From assembly GCA_030141605.1 (NCBI GenBank), contig JAQGDQ010000850.1, positions 23,446 to 87,445 on the forward strand: 64,000 bases of DNA. Reading direction: 5' to 3'. The notes beneath the pieces are model-generated. The model was given only the letters and a program-made list of their open reading frames with translations, did not search any database and was not told where the DNA came from. The stretch comes from Tubiluchus corallicola. Taxonomy: Eukaryota > Animalia > Priapulida. A program made the translations under genes and the position numbers. This document shows positions 40,057 through 53,830 of this stretch, piece after piece. Each line of letters starts with the position of its first letter. The first letter of the stretch is position 1.

Positions 40057-40439
40057 TGAACGACTAAAGATGGGACATGTTAGGTTCTGAAACGTCTAGT
40101 TTATTTTTGCATTAATAAAGTAATAAGAAGAATTCACTATTTTTATTTCTTCTATTTTTTATGATTCATCATAATAGCAGATAAGCAAAAAATCCAAAAA
40201 GAAAGTCAAAATGAGTTTTGCCAAAGTCATCAATACTTCTGTACAACGCTAATACACTTATTATAGGAATGCTTCTATAATACAGGTGGCTGACCTCGAT
40301 AACTTATAGTTCTTTTGCCACCCTTTCACCACTAATCAATAATTACTTTTGCACTTTGTAATATTATTGTATGTTGTATAGATTTATAAATCTCTTAGTT
40401 ATGTATTTTGCTATTTTAAAAATGGCGATAAACTAATAA

Positions 40440-40494
<55 letters not shown>

Positions 40495-40691
40495 GACTGA
40501 CTGACTGACTGACTGACTGACTGACTGACTGACTGACTGACTGACTGACTGACTGACTGACTGACTGACTGACTGACTGACTGACTGACTGACTGACTGA
40601 CTGACTGACTGACTGACTGACTGACTGACTGACTGACTGACTGACTGACTGACTGACTGACTGACTGACTGACTGACTGACTGACTGACTG

Positions 40692-40722
<31 letters not shown>
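40440..40722. repeat. (ACTT)n(ACTG)n microsatellite
   Basis: Direct inspection. Confidence 0.95.
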
Positions 40723-40759
40723 GGAACAATCGCATTGCAGCTTATACATATGTAAGCAA

Positions 40760-41170
40760 CAAATATTTTTGAAAGTAAGAGGAGCACTTTAGAAACAAAA
40801 TTATGCACTTGTGGAAACTGTGTTTCTCTACAACTCAGAATTACGGACTATCGAAACGAGTCACAAATCAGAAATAAATGCACTTGAACGAAAAAGCTAC
40901 AGGAACATTCTGGGAATAAAATGACCAAAGAAAATATCAAAACCGGGAGATCTGTATAATAAAGTCAAGGCAGAGGAATGGACAGTTAAAATTAAAAGGA
41001 GAAGATTAAGATGGAGAGGACATGTTATACGACTACTACATGACAGTCCATTAAAATTAGTTTTCAAAGAAGCAGTGCAGAAAGAAGAGAAACCACAAGG
41101 AGGACAGCTGCTGACTTACATCAATTTCATCCAAAAAGATCTTATCAACACACCGTTAGATATCAAATCA
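40760..41170 (+). mobile_element. Second RTE-clade LINE fragment
   Basis: FLYNSELRT...RNILGIK*PKKI...IKRRRLRWRGHVIRL...PQGGQLLTY, homologous to 39600-40056. Confidence 0.75.
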
Positions 41171-41315
41171 AATCAGTTTATTTCACTCCAGCAATACATC
41201 AACATACAATATAATGAGAAAAACAGCATACTGGATAAGATATCATTGTTGAAAGCAAATTAACCAAATAAATGAAATGTTGCATGAACTTTGAACGCGT
41301 TGCTTGTTAAAGAAT

Positions 41316-42302
41316 AATGAAAGAATGGTTAGGGTTAGTAGACATGATGGAAAGGAAAAATGGTAAGATTAGAGATTAGAAAAAGTAAGGGAGGGGAGGA
41401 TGAGTGAATGAAAGAATGGTTAGGGTTAGTAGACATGATGGAAAGGAAAAATGGTAAGATTAGAGATTAGAAAAAGTAAGGGAGGGGAGGATGAGTGAAT
41501 GAAAGAATGGTTAGGGTTAGTAGACATGATGGAAAGGAAAAATGGTAAGATTAGAGATTAGAAAAAGTAAGGGAGGGGAGGATGAGTGAATGAAAGAATG
41601 GTTAGGGTTAGTAGACATGATGGAAAGGAAAAATGGTAAGATTAGAGATTAGAAAAAGTAAGGGAGGGGAGGATGAGTGAATGAAAGAATGGTTAGGGTT
41701 AGTAGACATGATGGAAGGGAAAATTGTAAGATTAGAGTTAGGAAGAAGAAACGGAGGGGAGGATGAGTGAATGAAAGAATGGTTAGGGTTAGTAAACATG
41801 GTGGAATGGAAAAATGGTAAGATTAGAGTTAGGAAGAAGAAACGGAGGGGAGGATGAGTGAATGAAAGAATGGGTAGGGTTAGTAGACACGATGGAAGGG
41901 AAAATAGTAAGATTAGAGTTAGGAAGAAGAAATGGAGGGGGGGATGAGTGAATGAAAGAATGGTTAGGGTTAGTAAACATGGTGGAAGGGAAAATAGTAA
42001 GATTAGGGATAGGAAGAAGGAAGGGAGGGGAGGATGAGTGAATGAAAGAATGGTTAGGGTTAGTAGACATGATGGAATGAAAAATAGTAAAATTAGGGAT
42101 AGGAAGAAGGAAGAGAGGGGAGGATGAGTGAATGAAAAAATGGCTAGGGTTAGTAGACACGATGGAAGGGAAAATAGTGAGATTAGAGTTAGGAAGAAGA
42201 AACGGAGGGGAGGATGAGTGAATGAAAGAATTGGTAGGGTTAGTAGACATGATGGAATAAAAAATAGTAAGATTAGGGATAGGAAGAAGAAAGGGGGAGA
42301 GG
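41316..42302. repeat. 90/91-bp purine-rich minisatellite, ~11 units
   Basis: Period 91 then 90. Each unit carries GGTTAGGGTTAG or a close variant. Confidence 0.92.
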
Positions 42303-42782
42303 AAATGACTATAGTGTATGTTTTAAATTACATAGAGCTGTATTAGAATAGTATACTATAAATAATAGGATGCCAGCCATTGAGACTGCATGAGACATGG
42401 AAGCATCAAGATTGTATTATAAGTAAGGATGGTTCTTTTGAAGTACATTTTGAAACTATAGATAGTTTTTTGTGTATTTTTGCTTGGGCACTTATTTTCT
42501 TCCACTTATTTGGGGCTGTGAATTTAGTAAAGTATCAGAAAATAAAGACAGGAACTGTGGGTGAATGGGCAGCACGGACTAAAGTGATAACAAGGGTTAT
42601 GTCAGAGGAGGTGTGAAATGGAATGAAACGAATTCCAGGAATGAGACGAAAAAGGAATTATAAATATAACAGTGTTACTGTTACACTTCAGTTTTTAGAA
42701 TTAGTGTCAGTATCACGTATTTATCACTATTAACTTACTATCTTTTCCTGTCACTTTGACAAAGATATATATATAGGTTTTA

Positions 42783-43178
42783 CAAGTCAAATGTAGACAC
42801 AGGAAAGTTCAAATGTGACTTAGGTAAGTCAAATGTAGACACAGGAAAGTTCAAATGTGACTTAGGTAAGTCAAATGTAGACACAGGAAAGTTCAAATGT
42901 GACTTAGGTAAGTCAAATGTAGACACAGGAAAGTTCAAATGTGACTTAGGTAAGTCAAATGTAGACACAGGAAAGTTCAAATGTGACTTAGGCAAGTCAA
43001 ATGTAGACATAGGACATTTGACTTGGCATGTGTCTACATTTGACTTACCAAAAACGCTTAAGATTTCTTGTAAACCATTGTTAACACATTTGAACTAACT
43101 AAGTCTACATTTGAGTTACCGAGACACATTTGAATTACCTAAATCTACATTTGAGTTAACGCGGGTCTACATTTGACA
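42783..43178. repeat. 42-bp tandem repeat x5.5 with inverted copies (foldback/MITE-like)
   Basis: GTCAAATGTAGAC units at 42786-43008; inverted GTCTACATTTGA motifs at 43032-43176. Confidence 0.8.
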
Positions 43179-43700
43179 CGTAAAACCAATATATCCTTAT
43201 TTTCCTTTTCCGCATTCTGCCATTTTTTTCTTCGCTCACTAAGTGTAAAACGAGTTTATCCATCCTAAACCCGCTGCAGTAAAAATTATTGCTTCTATAA
43301 AAGTGAACGTACATGTCTCGATATGTCTGTATGGTATAATAATGTTGCACATGCGATAAACGCACTACATTTGTCTAGTTTTATTTTTGCTTCCTTGTTT
43401 ATGCTTTTATTTCGGCACATAAACGCGTCAAAGAAAGGTTCACAAAAGGCTCATATAACAATGACCTTCAAATACTAAAACTTCGAGCAATCTAATCACT
43501 CTGATTTGAATTTTATATCTGTAACTTGTACGTTTAACGTTTAACTAATAAATGGAGTCTCTTCATTTTCTAGTTGCCATGCATACAGATTCCAACTATC
43601 AGACATGACTGAGATCATCATCTATCTCCACGTATCTCTGTTTATTGCTGTATTCCTGGTACTTATATGGTTACCATATATACTGTAATTAACAACGTTT

Positions 43701-43820
43701 AACTACGGCCAAATCACGTTGAAAACACCGGTTCTCGTCTGATCACCGAAGTTAAGCAATGTAGAGCCTGGTTAGTGCTTGCATGGGTGACTGCCTAGGA
43801 ACCCCAGGTGCTGTAAGCTT
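43701..43820 (+). pseudogene. 5S rRNA-derived sequence (head of a SINE3-type element)
   Basis: Full-length 120-nt 5S homology (CTACGGCCA...GATCACCGAAGTTAAGCA...CCTGGTTAGTGCTTGCATGGGTGACTGCCTAGGAA...GGTGCTGTAAGCTT). Several substitutions; no oligo-T terminator. Confidence 0.88.
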
Positions 43821-44196
43821 GTGGGATGCCCACACTGTATCTCGACACTAGGCGGAGGAGTTGTACAAGCAGCCAACGGCTAGAGGGCGGAGGAGGTCAA
43901 GTGACCCAACGGCCATGTGTAGAGGAGTAAACCTTCCAAATCAGGAGCGGAGCCCCGAAGGCGGACCAGTGCAGCATGCTCACTGACTCCGGCAGCTCCT
44001 GCAGCCAACCTGGTGCCAAACGTATCGCTCCGCTTTCCTTTGGACTACACCAGGGAGGAAGAGAGGGGGTTCCTGCGGGCTGGGCAACTCAGGATCTCCA
44101 TACACTTTGCCCAGGCGTGCGCCCTGGAGACGTTCAAGGATCGGACTCTCTTAGTGCACATTCCAATGTCTTCCGAGACAGAAGGATGCCAACAAT
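43701..44196 (+). mobile_element. 5S rRNA-derived SINE (SINE3)
   Basis: 5S head fused to a ~375-bp GC-rich body that has a second copy at 14877-15288. Candidate TSD AACGTTT on both sides. Confidence 0.8.
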
Positions 44197-44491
44197 AACG
44201 TTTTCAAAATATTAAGAGTTCCACGAGAATGGATAGACTCAGAATATGATTCATTTTCATTGCTGAATCTTCCGGCAGTCTTATAAAATGCCCTACCCTC
44301 TCGACTGCACTTTTTCTTGATCTGCGTAATTTCTGATAAAGTTTTGGTTGATTGATCTCTGAGGTAACTTAATTTTTCACACTTTACAAAAACTGTTGCT
44401 CTAAAACGCAACTCTTTCATTCATTTATGCTCTTTTACCATCTGCAATTTCGAATTCGATTTCAAATGAGAGTTGATGATTTTTAAATACG

Positions 44492-44864
44492 TGCTAATTT
44501 CGTGTGGTAAAACAGAATCAAATTTTCTCAATGATGTGATGATGTTTGCTTCAGTTTTGCTAATTTCGTGTGGTAAAACAGAATCAAATTTTCTCAATGA
44601 TGTGATGATGTTTGCTTCAGTTTTGCTAATTTCGTGTGGTAAAACAGAATCAAATTTTCTCAATGATGTGATGATGTTTGCTTCAGTTTTGCTAATTTCG
44701 TGTGGTAAAACAGAATCAAATTTTCTCAATGATGTGATGATGTTTGCTTCAGTTTTGCTAATTTCGTGTGGTAAAACAGAATCAAATTTTCTCAATGATG
44801 TGATGATGTTTGCTTCAGTTTTGCTAATTTCGTGTGGTAAAACAGAATCAAATTTTCTCAATGA
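44492..44864. repeat. 66-bp perfect tandem repeat x5.6
   Basis: Identical units; explains the 22-aa repeat ORFs. Confidence 0.95.
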
Positions 44865-45148
44865 GTGTTTGTTTCAGTTTTGTATAAAAGTGCCAAGGTA
44901 CGAATTAATGACTACCTGTTTTTCTGCAATGTGTATTGTTCCTGTTGTTGTATTACGAATACGCCATGTTAAAAGCTTTTCATTAGTACTTGGCGTGCAT
45001 AGAACGTAGAACACTTATTTTCTCAAATATTTTAGTTTTGTAGTAAAAGTTTTAGTTAAATATTAAATTATTGTTATCATGGAGCAGGTCAGGAAGGGAG
45101 CAAAGGGTCATCTAGTCTGCTGCCATTTTATGTAGCTAGATAGGTTAA

Positions 45149-45500
45149 CCCTTTCATACCCGTTGTATCCCGTGGGATACGAGAATATTTTCTGCCCTTA
45201 AATTAATAAAATTTTAAAACTGACAGTTATTTGATCTGTTAATAGTTATTTTGATTTAAGCCAATAACAATAGACTAAAAATGGTGATAAAATGGCAAAC
45301 TAGAAAATCTACATAGCATAAAAAACTGCGCAAGGTACAGTACTTTAGAGACGACTTTGTACAGATCAGCATAGCATGCATACTAAATGTCTTAAATACT
45401 TTAAAAAATTATTAGCAGTTGCAAAATGAAGCACATTTTTACAACAAAAGTACCAAGCCACAAAAATTTTTCTTATTAAAAAAACTTGGAACTGAAAGGG
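45149..45500. mobile_element. piggyBac-like MITE (deleted, inverted copy) inserted in a CR1-like 3' end
   Basis: TTAA TSDs. Reverse complement of 31850-32305. Flanks match the reverse complement of ~330-520. Confidence 0.85.
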
Positions 45501-46204
45501 TTAATAAAACTAAGCGGTGATACTGCAGATAACAAAATCAAGTAAGAAGAAAGAAAAAACAGCCAAAAATAGCTAAAAAAACTAAAACCAAAAATAATAG
45601 AATAAAATTAAATACATAATTCTAAGCAAACGAACACAATTTTGGGGATAATAAAACGTCTGTAAGTAACATAAAAAAACAAAAATCGTTAAGTACGAAG
45701 TAAAACATTAAATCAAACTAAAACAAAACGAATGATAAGTAATTGTAACACAAAAATAAAGGTAAGTCATAACCATTAATGTTTGCAAACTAATTAAATC
45801 AATGATACTTAAAGGACTAGACAAGAAACAATGAAAGGGACAACAGAATCTATATTCAAAAAATAATTATATCTATATTGTATTGGTTTGGGTAAAGAAA
45901 ATGAAAAATAATAAATAGTAAAATGTTATTGGTAACGTATAATAGCAAGCAATTTTATTTATTTAATACGATTTTTTAAGATGTGGGAAGTGGTTTGTTT
46001 CTTTTTTTGCTTCTTCCAGCATTCCTTGTGTGAAGCTAATCAGTCCACATTGCTGGCCCAAAAACGGGAACACAGGACAAACAAAATCCCCTTGTTTAGC
46101 AAGTTGTCTTCTTAAAGAACCTACAATGCCAATCCACTGCAGTGGCGTTCACTTACTCTATCAGGTGGTAAAATTGTCATCTTTCATGTCTGCTGCAAGA
46201 TAAA

Positions 46205-46252
46205 ACGTGAAAAAGACAGGACCAAGGCAAGATCCCTGAGGCACACCCGTGT
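46205..46252 (-). mobile_element. LINE reverse transcriptase fragment
   Basis: Minus strand translates GVPQGSCLGPVFF, the conserved RT motif of CR1/L2 elements. Confidence 0.6.
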
Positions 46253-47620
46253 TGGAACAAATTTTCAGCTGAAGCTATTCTTACTAAACTGCGAGACACA
46301 TGCTAGACACAAAAGGTTTCGTGAGATAACAGAAATCTTCTCTTTTTTAGTTGTGGTTAGAGCATGCAAAAGTTTAACGAGTACACGCGCGCAGCTGCTG
46401 TCCTGCAAGCTCATTAAACTTTCTGTATTGCACACTTAAATAATTATCAACGCGGCTAATAACTTTCATTGATCACGCAGCTGACACTATAAATCCTCAT
46501 CAAATTTTCTCTGTTGATCAAAAGACAGCAATAAATACAGATACTGAAATCATAGCATGTCATGCTTTGGTGTATATGACAATGACTATGACTATGATAT
46601 ATGACTGTGAGCACTCACAGAATGCTTCTTGCATGGATATCATTTCGTGTCCCGAAATTCTTGAGCATCAACTATATTATGCAGTCATCTAACCACGATT
46701 GGAAAAATATTGTTCCTGGTTTCGATCCGGTAGATAGCCTTACAGCTTGCCATCGGTAATGCTGGTAAGCGCTGTGTAACAACTCCCAAGAAAATTGAAG
46801 AAAGAAACAACGAGAACAAAGATCAGTGATGAAAGGGACGACCGAGAAGAACAACAAGAAAAAACGAAATCTGATGACAATGCTTCAAATCTCACAGGAC
46901 CAGCGACACTCGGCAAGCAGACAGGAGAAGTGCATCTGACGACAGAACACAGACAACTGACCATGTCACGTGTTCGTTTTTTCCCCACAGGAAACCACTG
47001 CTCAACCAATCGCAGGTAACGTTATAGGCTTCCTAGTTTAATGTGGAAGTCATTACAATACCTGTAGGTTGGTCAGCCTGGTGCCCATGAATAACAATGC
47101 ACATCCACCTGCTCAGCTCAATATGATCAAGAAATGCACGTAAAATTTTAATTGGTCGGTTTATTTGCTGATTTGTAATAGAAAACTGTTTCAGCTGCAG
47201 ATTGTCTTTTTTATCAGATTTGAAAATGTTATAAAAAATTAAACTCAATATTTTTTTCAGTTTTTTAAGCATCCCATCCTAGTTGCCTGTTACAACAGCC
47301 AAAGCTGCGTAATCAAAGCATGGAAAATAAATACGTGCATACGCACATTACATTAATTAGGTAAAGATATTCTTCATTGGTTTAGTTTAAACATAATTTA
47401 TTTAGAATTGGATCAGACAGTTTGAACAACATGATTTAGGATCCTCACCACAACAGACTTTATATACTATTTACAAAAACATTTACAGTAAGAATAGACC
47501 ATAACTACACAAGCTGACAAGTTTTACTACAAGAATACGTTTGACATTAGTAGAAAATGACGGTTAGAAAATATTAATGTACGAATATTTAAGACTGATG
47601 CATTTCATATCAGATGGAAA

Positions 47621-48020
47621 CTACTGGAAGCGTTTAGTAAGTAATATGAAGTCATGTATACATTGGAATATTTTACAGTTAGCAACATAGTTAAATTCAT
47701 CTTTTCCGAATAATAACAACTTCAACAGATCATTATTTCCTAAGGCAGCTATATTAAGGTTTTCGCGCAGAAGTATTTCATTTAATTTATCAAACATAAC
47801 AACCCTAGTTTGTTGATACAATGGGCAGTGCAACAAAAATGTTCAACAGACTCAAATCGAAATCCACAGTTACAATTCGGCAATATTGGATGACCGTTAT
47901 TATCTTTACAGCCTTTCGAGAAAAGGTCATAGTTTAGCTGAGAAAATCCGATTCTCATGCGCGTATGATGCAGTGAAATTGGAGGTTTATCAAATGAAAA
48001 ATGTTTCTTACGCAACGAAA
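47621..48020 (-). mobile_element. CR1-clade LINE ORF2 C-terminal fragment (frameshifted)
   Basis: HTRMRIGFSQLNYDLF...CNCGFRFESVEHF/LHCPLY...LLLFG...NCKIF...FILLTKRF, with a CCHC finger. Confidence 0.8.
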
Positions 48021-49026
48021 AACTTAAATGAAATTTGAGCTTTTGTTTGAATTGTGAAATGGATGTAATTTCACGAATGTTCTGTGGTAAGTTTTTCCAC
48101 CACAGAATTCTTCATCGATGACCTATCATTTTGCTTTAATCGTAAGCAAGTTTGAATTGATTTCGCAAAAAACCTTATATCATGCACATATCCTTGCGTA
48201 TAATAATTTAGTGCTATTTGAAAAGATTTGCTTGACGAGTTCCTATAATATGATAAGTTGCATAAAGGCGCATTTTCAGGAATCGCCGATAAATCACTTG
48301 ACATGATTTTATATATCAATTATCCATGATTTACACGTAGCGACTTGCAGAAAGTGAAAGTTTGTGAGGACGTGTGTCACGCTGTCAATGCGGGCGGGGC
48401 TAGACGCTACGTCATCAAGGTGGATGTGGCTAAATGCTACGTCATCAAGGCGGGCGGGGCTAAACGCCACTCGCGATTTGTGTATTGTACATAGAATTAG
48501 ACGGTGCGTCCTCATTATCTATATCTATGGTATTGTACCACATTCCAGAGAAGAGCGATTTAACAAGGCCTACGTCACTTTTAATTTATTGAAAATTTTA
48601 TGCGATTATTTATCTTTAGTAAAACTATGTGGATTTAGTTTCCGCAAACATGTAAATAAGTATTATTGATATAATAAATAATACTTTAAACAGGTGCTGC
48701 AACCTGTAGGCGATACAGCCATAATTTAGTATATTTTTACAACTTACTTCTCCGATACTAAAGAAAAACTGTAACAATTTTATAAACCTTTTTACGGTGC
48801 ACGAAAATTTCTAGTACACAATCTTTCTGGGCATAACTACCCATATTCTGTTAACACGTTTTAGCACCCCAGAGAATGCGAAGCTCAATGACAGGATCTC
48901 CTACTAACCTTGAGCAATTGTGGAGGGATTGAAACCTATCTTACTCTCAATGATAATATTCTGAGAGAAGATTCTGACCGTAAAGGCTGCAGCAGCATGG
49001 CAGATAAAACCCAATGGTCACCCTGG

Positions 49027-49422
49027 CAGTGGCGGATTATGATTTTATGGGCCTTAGGCTTGAGCTTGGAACGGGCCTTTTAAATGTTGCTACACTGCTG
49101 AGCTGACATGTTTTTGTGGAGACTGAAAAAAATTCGGAAACTGAAATTTTGAACTTAAAATTAAACTGTGTAAATGTGAATTGTGTAAACTTAAATTGTG
49201 TAAACTTGAATTGTGTAAACTTAAATTGTGTAAACTTGATTTGTGTAAACCCGATTTGAAATATAGTGACTGACTTTTGAAAAAAAAACTTTTTTCTATA
49301 TTTTATTTTGGCGGGCCCCTTGCTCTTTTGTCAATTTATTTTTTTCGTTTTATTTTGCCGGGCCCCTTTTGATCCCGGGCCTTAGGCTTCAGCCTATTCA
49401 GCCTATAGGGCTATCCGCTACA
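49027..49422. mobile_element. hAT-like MITE
   Basis: Ends CAGTGGCGGAT...ATCCGCTAC; GGTCACCC on both flanks; repeated GGGCC(T/C) motifs. Confidence 0.6.
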
Positions 49423-49542
49423 GGTCACCCACCCAGTTATTAATCAGGCCCTGTGTTCCTTAACTCTCACACCGTAATCACTTAAACTAATCCCTCGTTT
49501 AAAAACTACGCGCATAACTAGTATTATAGAGATGTGCCATTT

Positions 49543-49665
49543 TGTAAAGTAAAGTAAAGTAAAGTAAAGTAAAGTAAAGTAAAGTAAAGTAAAGTAAAGT
49601 AAAGTAAAGTAAAGTAAAGTAAAGTACTGATTAATGTAAGTAAGTAAGTAAGTAAGTAAGTAAGC

Positions 49666-49702
<37 letters not shown>

Positions 49703-49789
49703 GGTAGGTAGGTAGGTAGGTAGGTAGGTAGGTAGGTAGGTAGGTAGGTAAGTAGGTAGGTAGGTAAGTAGGTAAGCAAGTAAGTAAGC

Positions 49790-49822
<33 letters not shown>

Positions 49823-49895
49823 GGTAAGTAAGTAAGCAAGTAAGTAGGTAAGTAAGTAAGTAAGCAAGTAAGTAAGTAAGTAAGTAAGTCAGTCA

Positions 49896-49938
<43 letters not shown>

Positions 49939-49945
49939 AGTCAGG

Positions 49946-49984
<39 letters not shown>

Positions 49985-50042
49985 TAAGTAAGTAAGTAAA
50001 TAAGTAAGCAAGCAAGCAAGCAAGTAAGCAAGCAAGCAAGTA
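49543..50042. repeat. (AAAGT)n/(AAGT)n/(AGGT)n/(CAGT)n compound microsatellite
   Basis: Direct inspection. Confidence 0.95.
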
Positions 50043-50492
50043 AAGCTGTTTTTATTCTCATAAAAATTACCATTCTCCATAGCCACCTTACAAAAGTATA
50101 AATTGAATCAATATTTAAACAAGTTTATTTATACTGCTTCAATTTTTAATACAACTACTAATAAACTTACAATGCTTCAATTTTTCATTAGTGTATACTC
50201 TACAGTATATTCGAATTCTAGTTTCGCTAGTACAAAAAACATTACACAGATGGTAAGACCGGATGTTAGTAAGTAATACGTTTTTAGTGCATATTATTAC
50301 TTATCATAGCGAGATTTTTTTCTTTATAATTACAAGAAATAAGAACACTGTCCTGAAATGGCCTGGATTATAGGCTAGTGAAAAGGAATTTAATCGAATT
50401 GCTGTCTGAACATGTTGAAGCAAAATCGGTGTAATTCGGTTGTGCTTAACCTGAATCAGTTTTTAACTGTAACTATACTGGAACTATCCTGG

Positions 50493-50955
50493 AAAGGAAG
50501 ACAGAATGATTTTTCACATGCTACCCCATTTTGAAGTCGGATAAAAGTATACATTTTAACACTTTAACACAATTAATACTGCAAAAGCATTTCTGATGAT
50601 TAAATAATAAATTAATACTTAATTAACCGCTGGCGAACCAATCTATTGACGACATCACAAACTAACATAAATTAAACATCAAAAATATTTTACGAGTGTG
50701 TTGCACGTGTTTGCGAAAGCGAAAATTACAGTGCTACTGTAAGAGATTCAGTGTGATGACCTAGAACTAGGCAAGTTTTGAGATTAAAATTCAAATTTCA
50801 TATTTATCACTGTGCTCACGCACGAGCTGCCGAACGTGTGAAGAGTGTCACAAGCTAACACAGCTGAACGGAGAGGTACAGCACCTGTTTTTGTGCGATA
50901 CGTTTCCAAAATGTACCTGCTAGTGCCCGTCTAACGAACGAATAGTGAAATGGTT
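50493..50955 (-). mobile_element. Family A element, partial, reverse
   Basis: Starts AAAGGAAGACAG; homologous to 52240-52700. Confidence 0.75.
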
Positions 50956-51014
50956 ACTTCGTCAGTCAGTTTACTTATTTATGGATTGTCTGCATAAACT
51001 GATGGCTGATTGAC

Positions 51015-51560
<546 letters not shown>

Positions 51561-52239
51561 CTCTTTTGTTACTTTGCATGGTTGAATAATTGAGCGGTTA
51601 GATGATTTATTTACCAATCCACCAACCGCCTGGTCGACTAACTAGCCAACCGGCAAGCAAATTTCTGAACTTTAAAAAATATCAGTACTAACCTATTATA
51701 TATAATAATCACAGTTTCACATAGGGAGACGTCAGTCATTATTGGATAAAAAAAAACTGGTAGTCACGTTTTCGGTCTGAAAGTTTGAAACGTGGCAATA
51801 TGACCTCTTCACTAACATTCCTGGGGTCAGAAAGATGAAAAGTGTTTGCCAAGCCCATGTTATATCAAACTACAATTTTATATAATTACGGCAAATTATG
51901 GTAACTCGCCAGATCTTTTGCAATAAAAGCACAAAGTTGCTCATTTCAAAATACAACAATTAGACGTGATAGTTTAACTTACTTAGAAAGATTTACCAAC
52001 AATTTTTCCACATATCTGAACATCGTAACAATGAGAAATGGAACCGATGACCTTGGAAAGTTTTATCAATCAAAACCGTTTTATTTTGGCAATCAAGATA
52101 TTCTTCCTCAGGTGAAATGAAATGAACTAGATGTGGAATGTTGTCAAACTTAATCTACATTATCAGTTCAAAAGCGTAAACAACATTGTTAAGAAAAATT
52201 CAAGTATCTAAACCTGCTTACCAAAATTACATCGTCGGC

Positions 52240-52869
52240 TAAAGAGGAAGACAGGATGATTTTTCATATACTACCCCATTTTCAAGTCCGATAAAAACTA
52301 TACATTTTAACACAATTAATACTGCAAAAGCGTTTCTGATAATTAAATAATAGATTAAAAACTTAATTAACAGCAGACAAACCAAACTATTGATGGCATC
52401 ACAAACTAACATAATTCGCAACAGCAAAAATATTCCACGAGCGTGTTGCACGTGTTTGTGAAAGTAAAAATTGAAGTGCTGTGCTACTGTAGGATTTTCA
52501 GTGTGTCGTACTAAAACTAGGCAAGTTTTAAGATAAAAATTCACATTTCAAATTTATCGCTGCACTTACGTATTAGCTGTCGAACGTGTGCAGTTCGTCA
52601 CAAACCAACACATCTGAACTGAGTGGTACAGCATCTGTTTTTTATGCAATGCGTTAACGCAATGCAGGCCCTAGTGCCCGTCTACTTAGCGAATGGCGAA
52701 GTGCAGGTAACAGTGAGGAACTAGTGACGTGAACGTGAAATTGTGCTTGTGTGGTAATAATTCTTTCACGTAAATCATTTTTGGAAAAAATAGTATGTTT
52801 CTTTTCAATAATTTAAAGAGCAGTTTGTTTTGATCTACAGTTTCAGATTGGGTCCAGCTTTTGCTTTAA
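52240..52869 (-). mobile_element. Family A Kolobok-like MITE, reverse
   Basis: AGGAAGACAGGATG...TTTTGCT|TTAA. Confidence 0.8.
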
Positions 52870-53286
52870 GAATCACAGGTTGGTGATCATCTAGCAAACA
52901 TAAACAACCAGGAGAAAGAAGTAGTAAAAGAAGAAATAAGAAAACTGAAGAAAACCAAATGAAAGCATGAATGAGTTTTAGACTGCGAGGCACCAGTAGG
53001 TACGCACGAATGCAAAGCGGGAAAAAATAACTTCACATTGGCAAAGTATGAAGGTCAATCGTGGATGCTAAAAGCGTGCCAGATGTATAAGTTAGTTAAG
53101 CAAACAGTTGGTCTTGTAAAAATAACACCTCATGAGTCTGTGTTATGCCTTATAACTCATGCCGTGGTGTAACACTTGGTGTAAAAAAACTGGGGAAATT
53201 TCCCGTTACTCTAAGCTAGTGGCGAATGAACAATACTCGGGATGGTGCTTAATGATGCTGTGAATAAATCGTGCAATAAAGTAACG

Positions 53287-53830
53287 AAAGAAAAGAAAAG
53301 AAAGGAAACGGAAAGAAAAGGAGAAGAGAAGGGAAGGTAAGGGCAGGGAAGGAAAGGAAAGGAAAGGAAAGAAACGGAAATGAAAAGAAATGAAATGAAA
53401 AGATAAAAACGGAAAAGAAAACACCAGAAAAGAAGAGAAGAAAAGGGAAGAGAAGAGAGCAGAGGAGAGGAGAGGAGAGGAGAAGAGAGGAGAGGAGAGG
53501 AGAAGGGAAGGGAATTGAAGAGAAGAGAAGAGAAGAGAAGAGAAGAGAAGGAGGAGAGGAGAGGGAGAGGAGGAGGAAGGAGGAAGAGAAGGAGAAAGGG
53601 AGGAAGGAGAGGAGGAGAGGAGGAGAGAAGAGAAGAGAAGAAAGGAGAGAAGAGGAAAGGAGAGAAGAGGAGAGGAGAGGAGAGAAGAGAAGAGAAGAGA
53701 AGAGAAGAGAAGAGAAGAGAAGAGAAGAGAAGAGAAGAGAAGAGAAGAGAAGAGAAGAGAAGAGAAGAGAAGAGAAGAGAAGAGAAGAGAAGAGAAGAGA
53801 AGAGAAGAGAAGAGAAGAGAAGAGAAGAGA
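53287..53830. repeat. Polypurine (AAGAG)n/(AGGAG)n tract
   Basis: Direct inspection. Confidence 0.95.

Noticed and set aside
43701-43820. Functional 5S rRNA gene
   Set aside because: Substitutions in conserved positions, no oligo-T terminator, not in a tandem array, and fused to a dispersed repeat body.
46740-47019. Overlapping 74-89-aa ORFs in a moderately GC-rich patch
   Set aside because: Non-ATG starts, no recognisable domain or splice support; probably decayed retroelement sequence.
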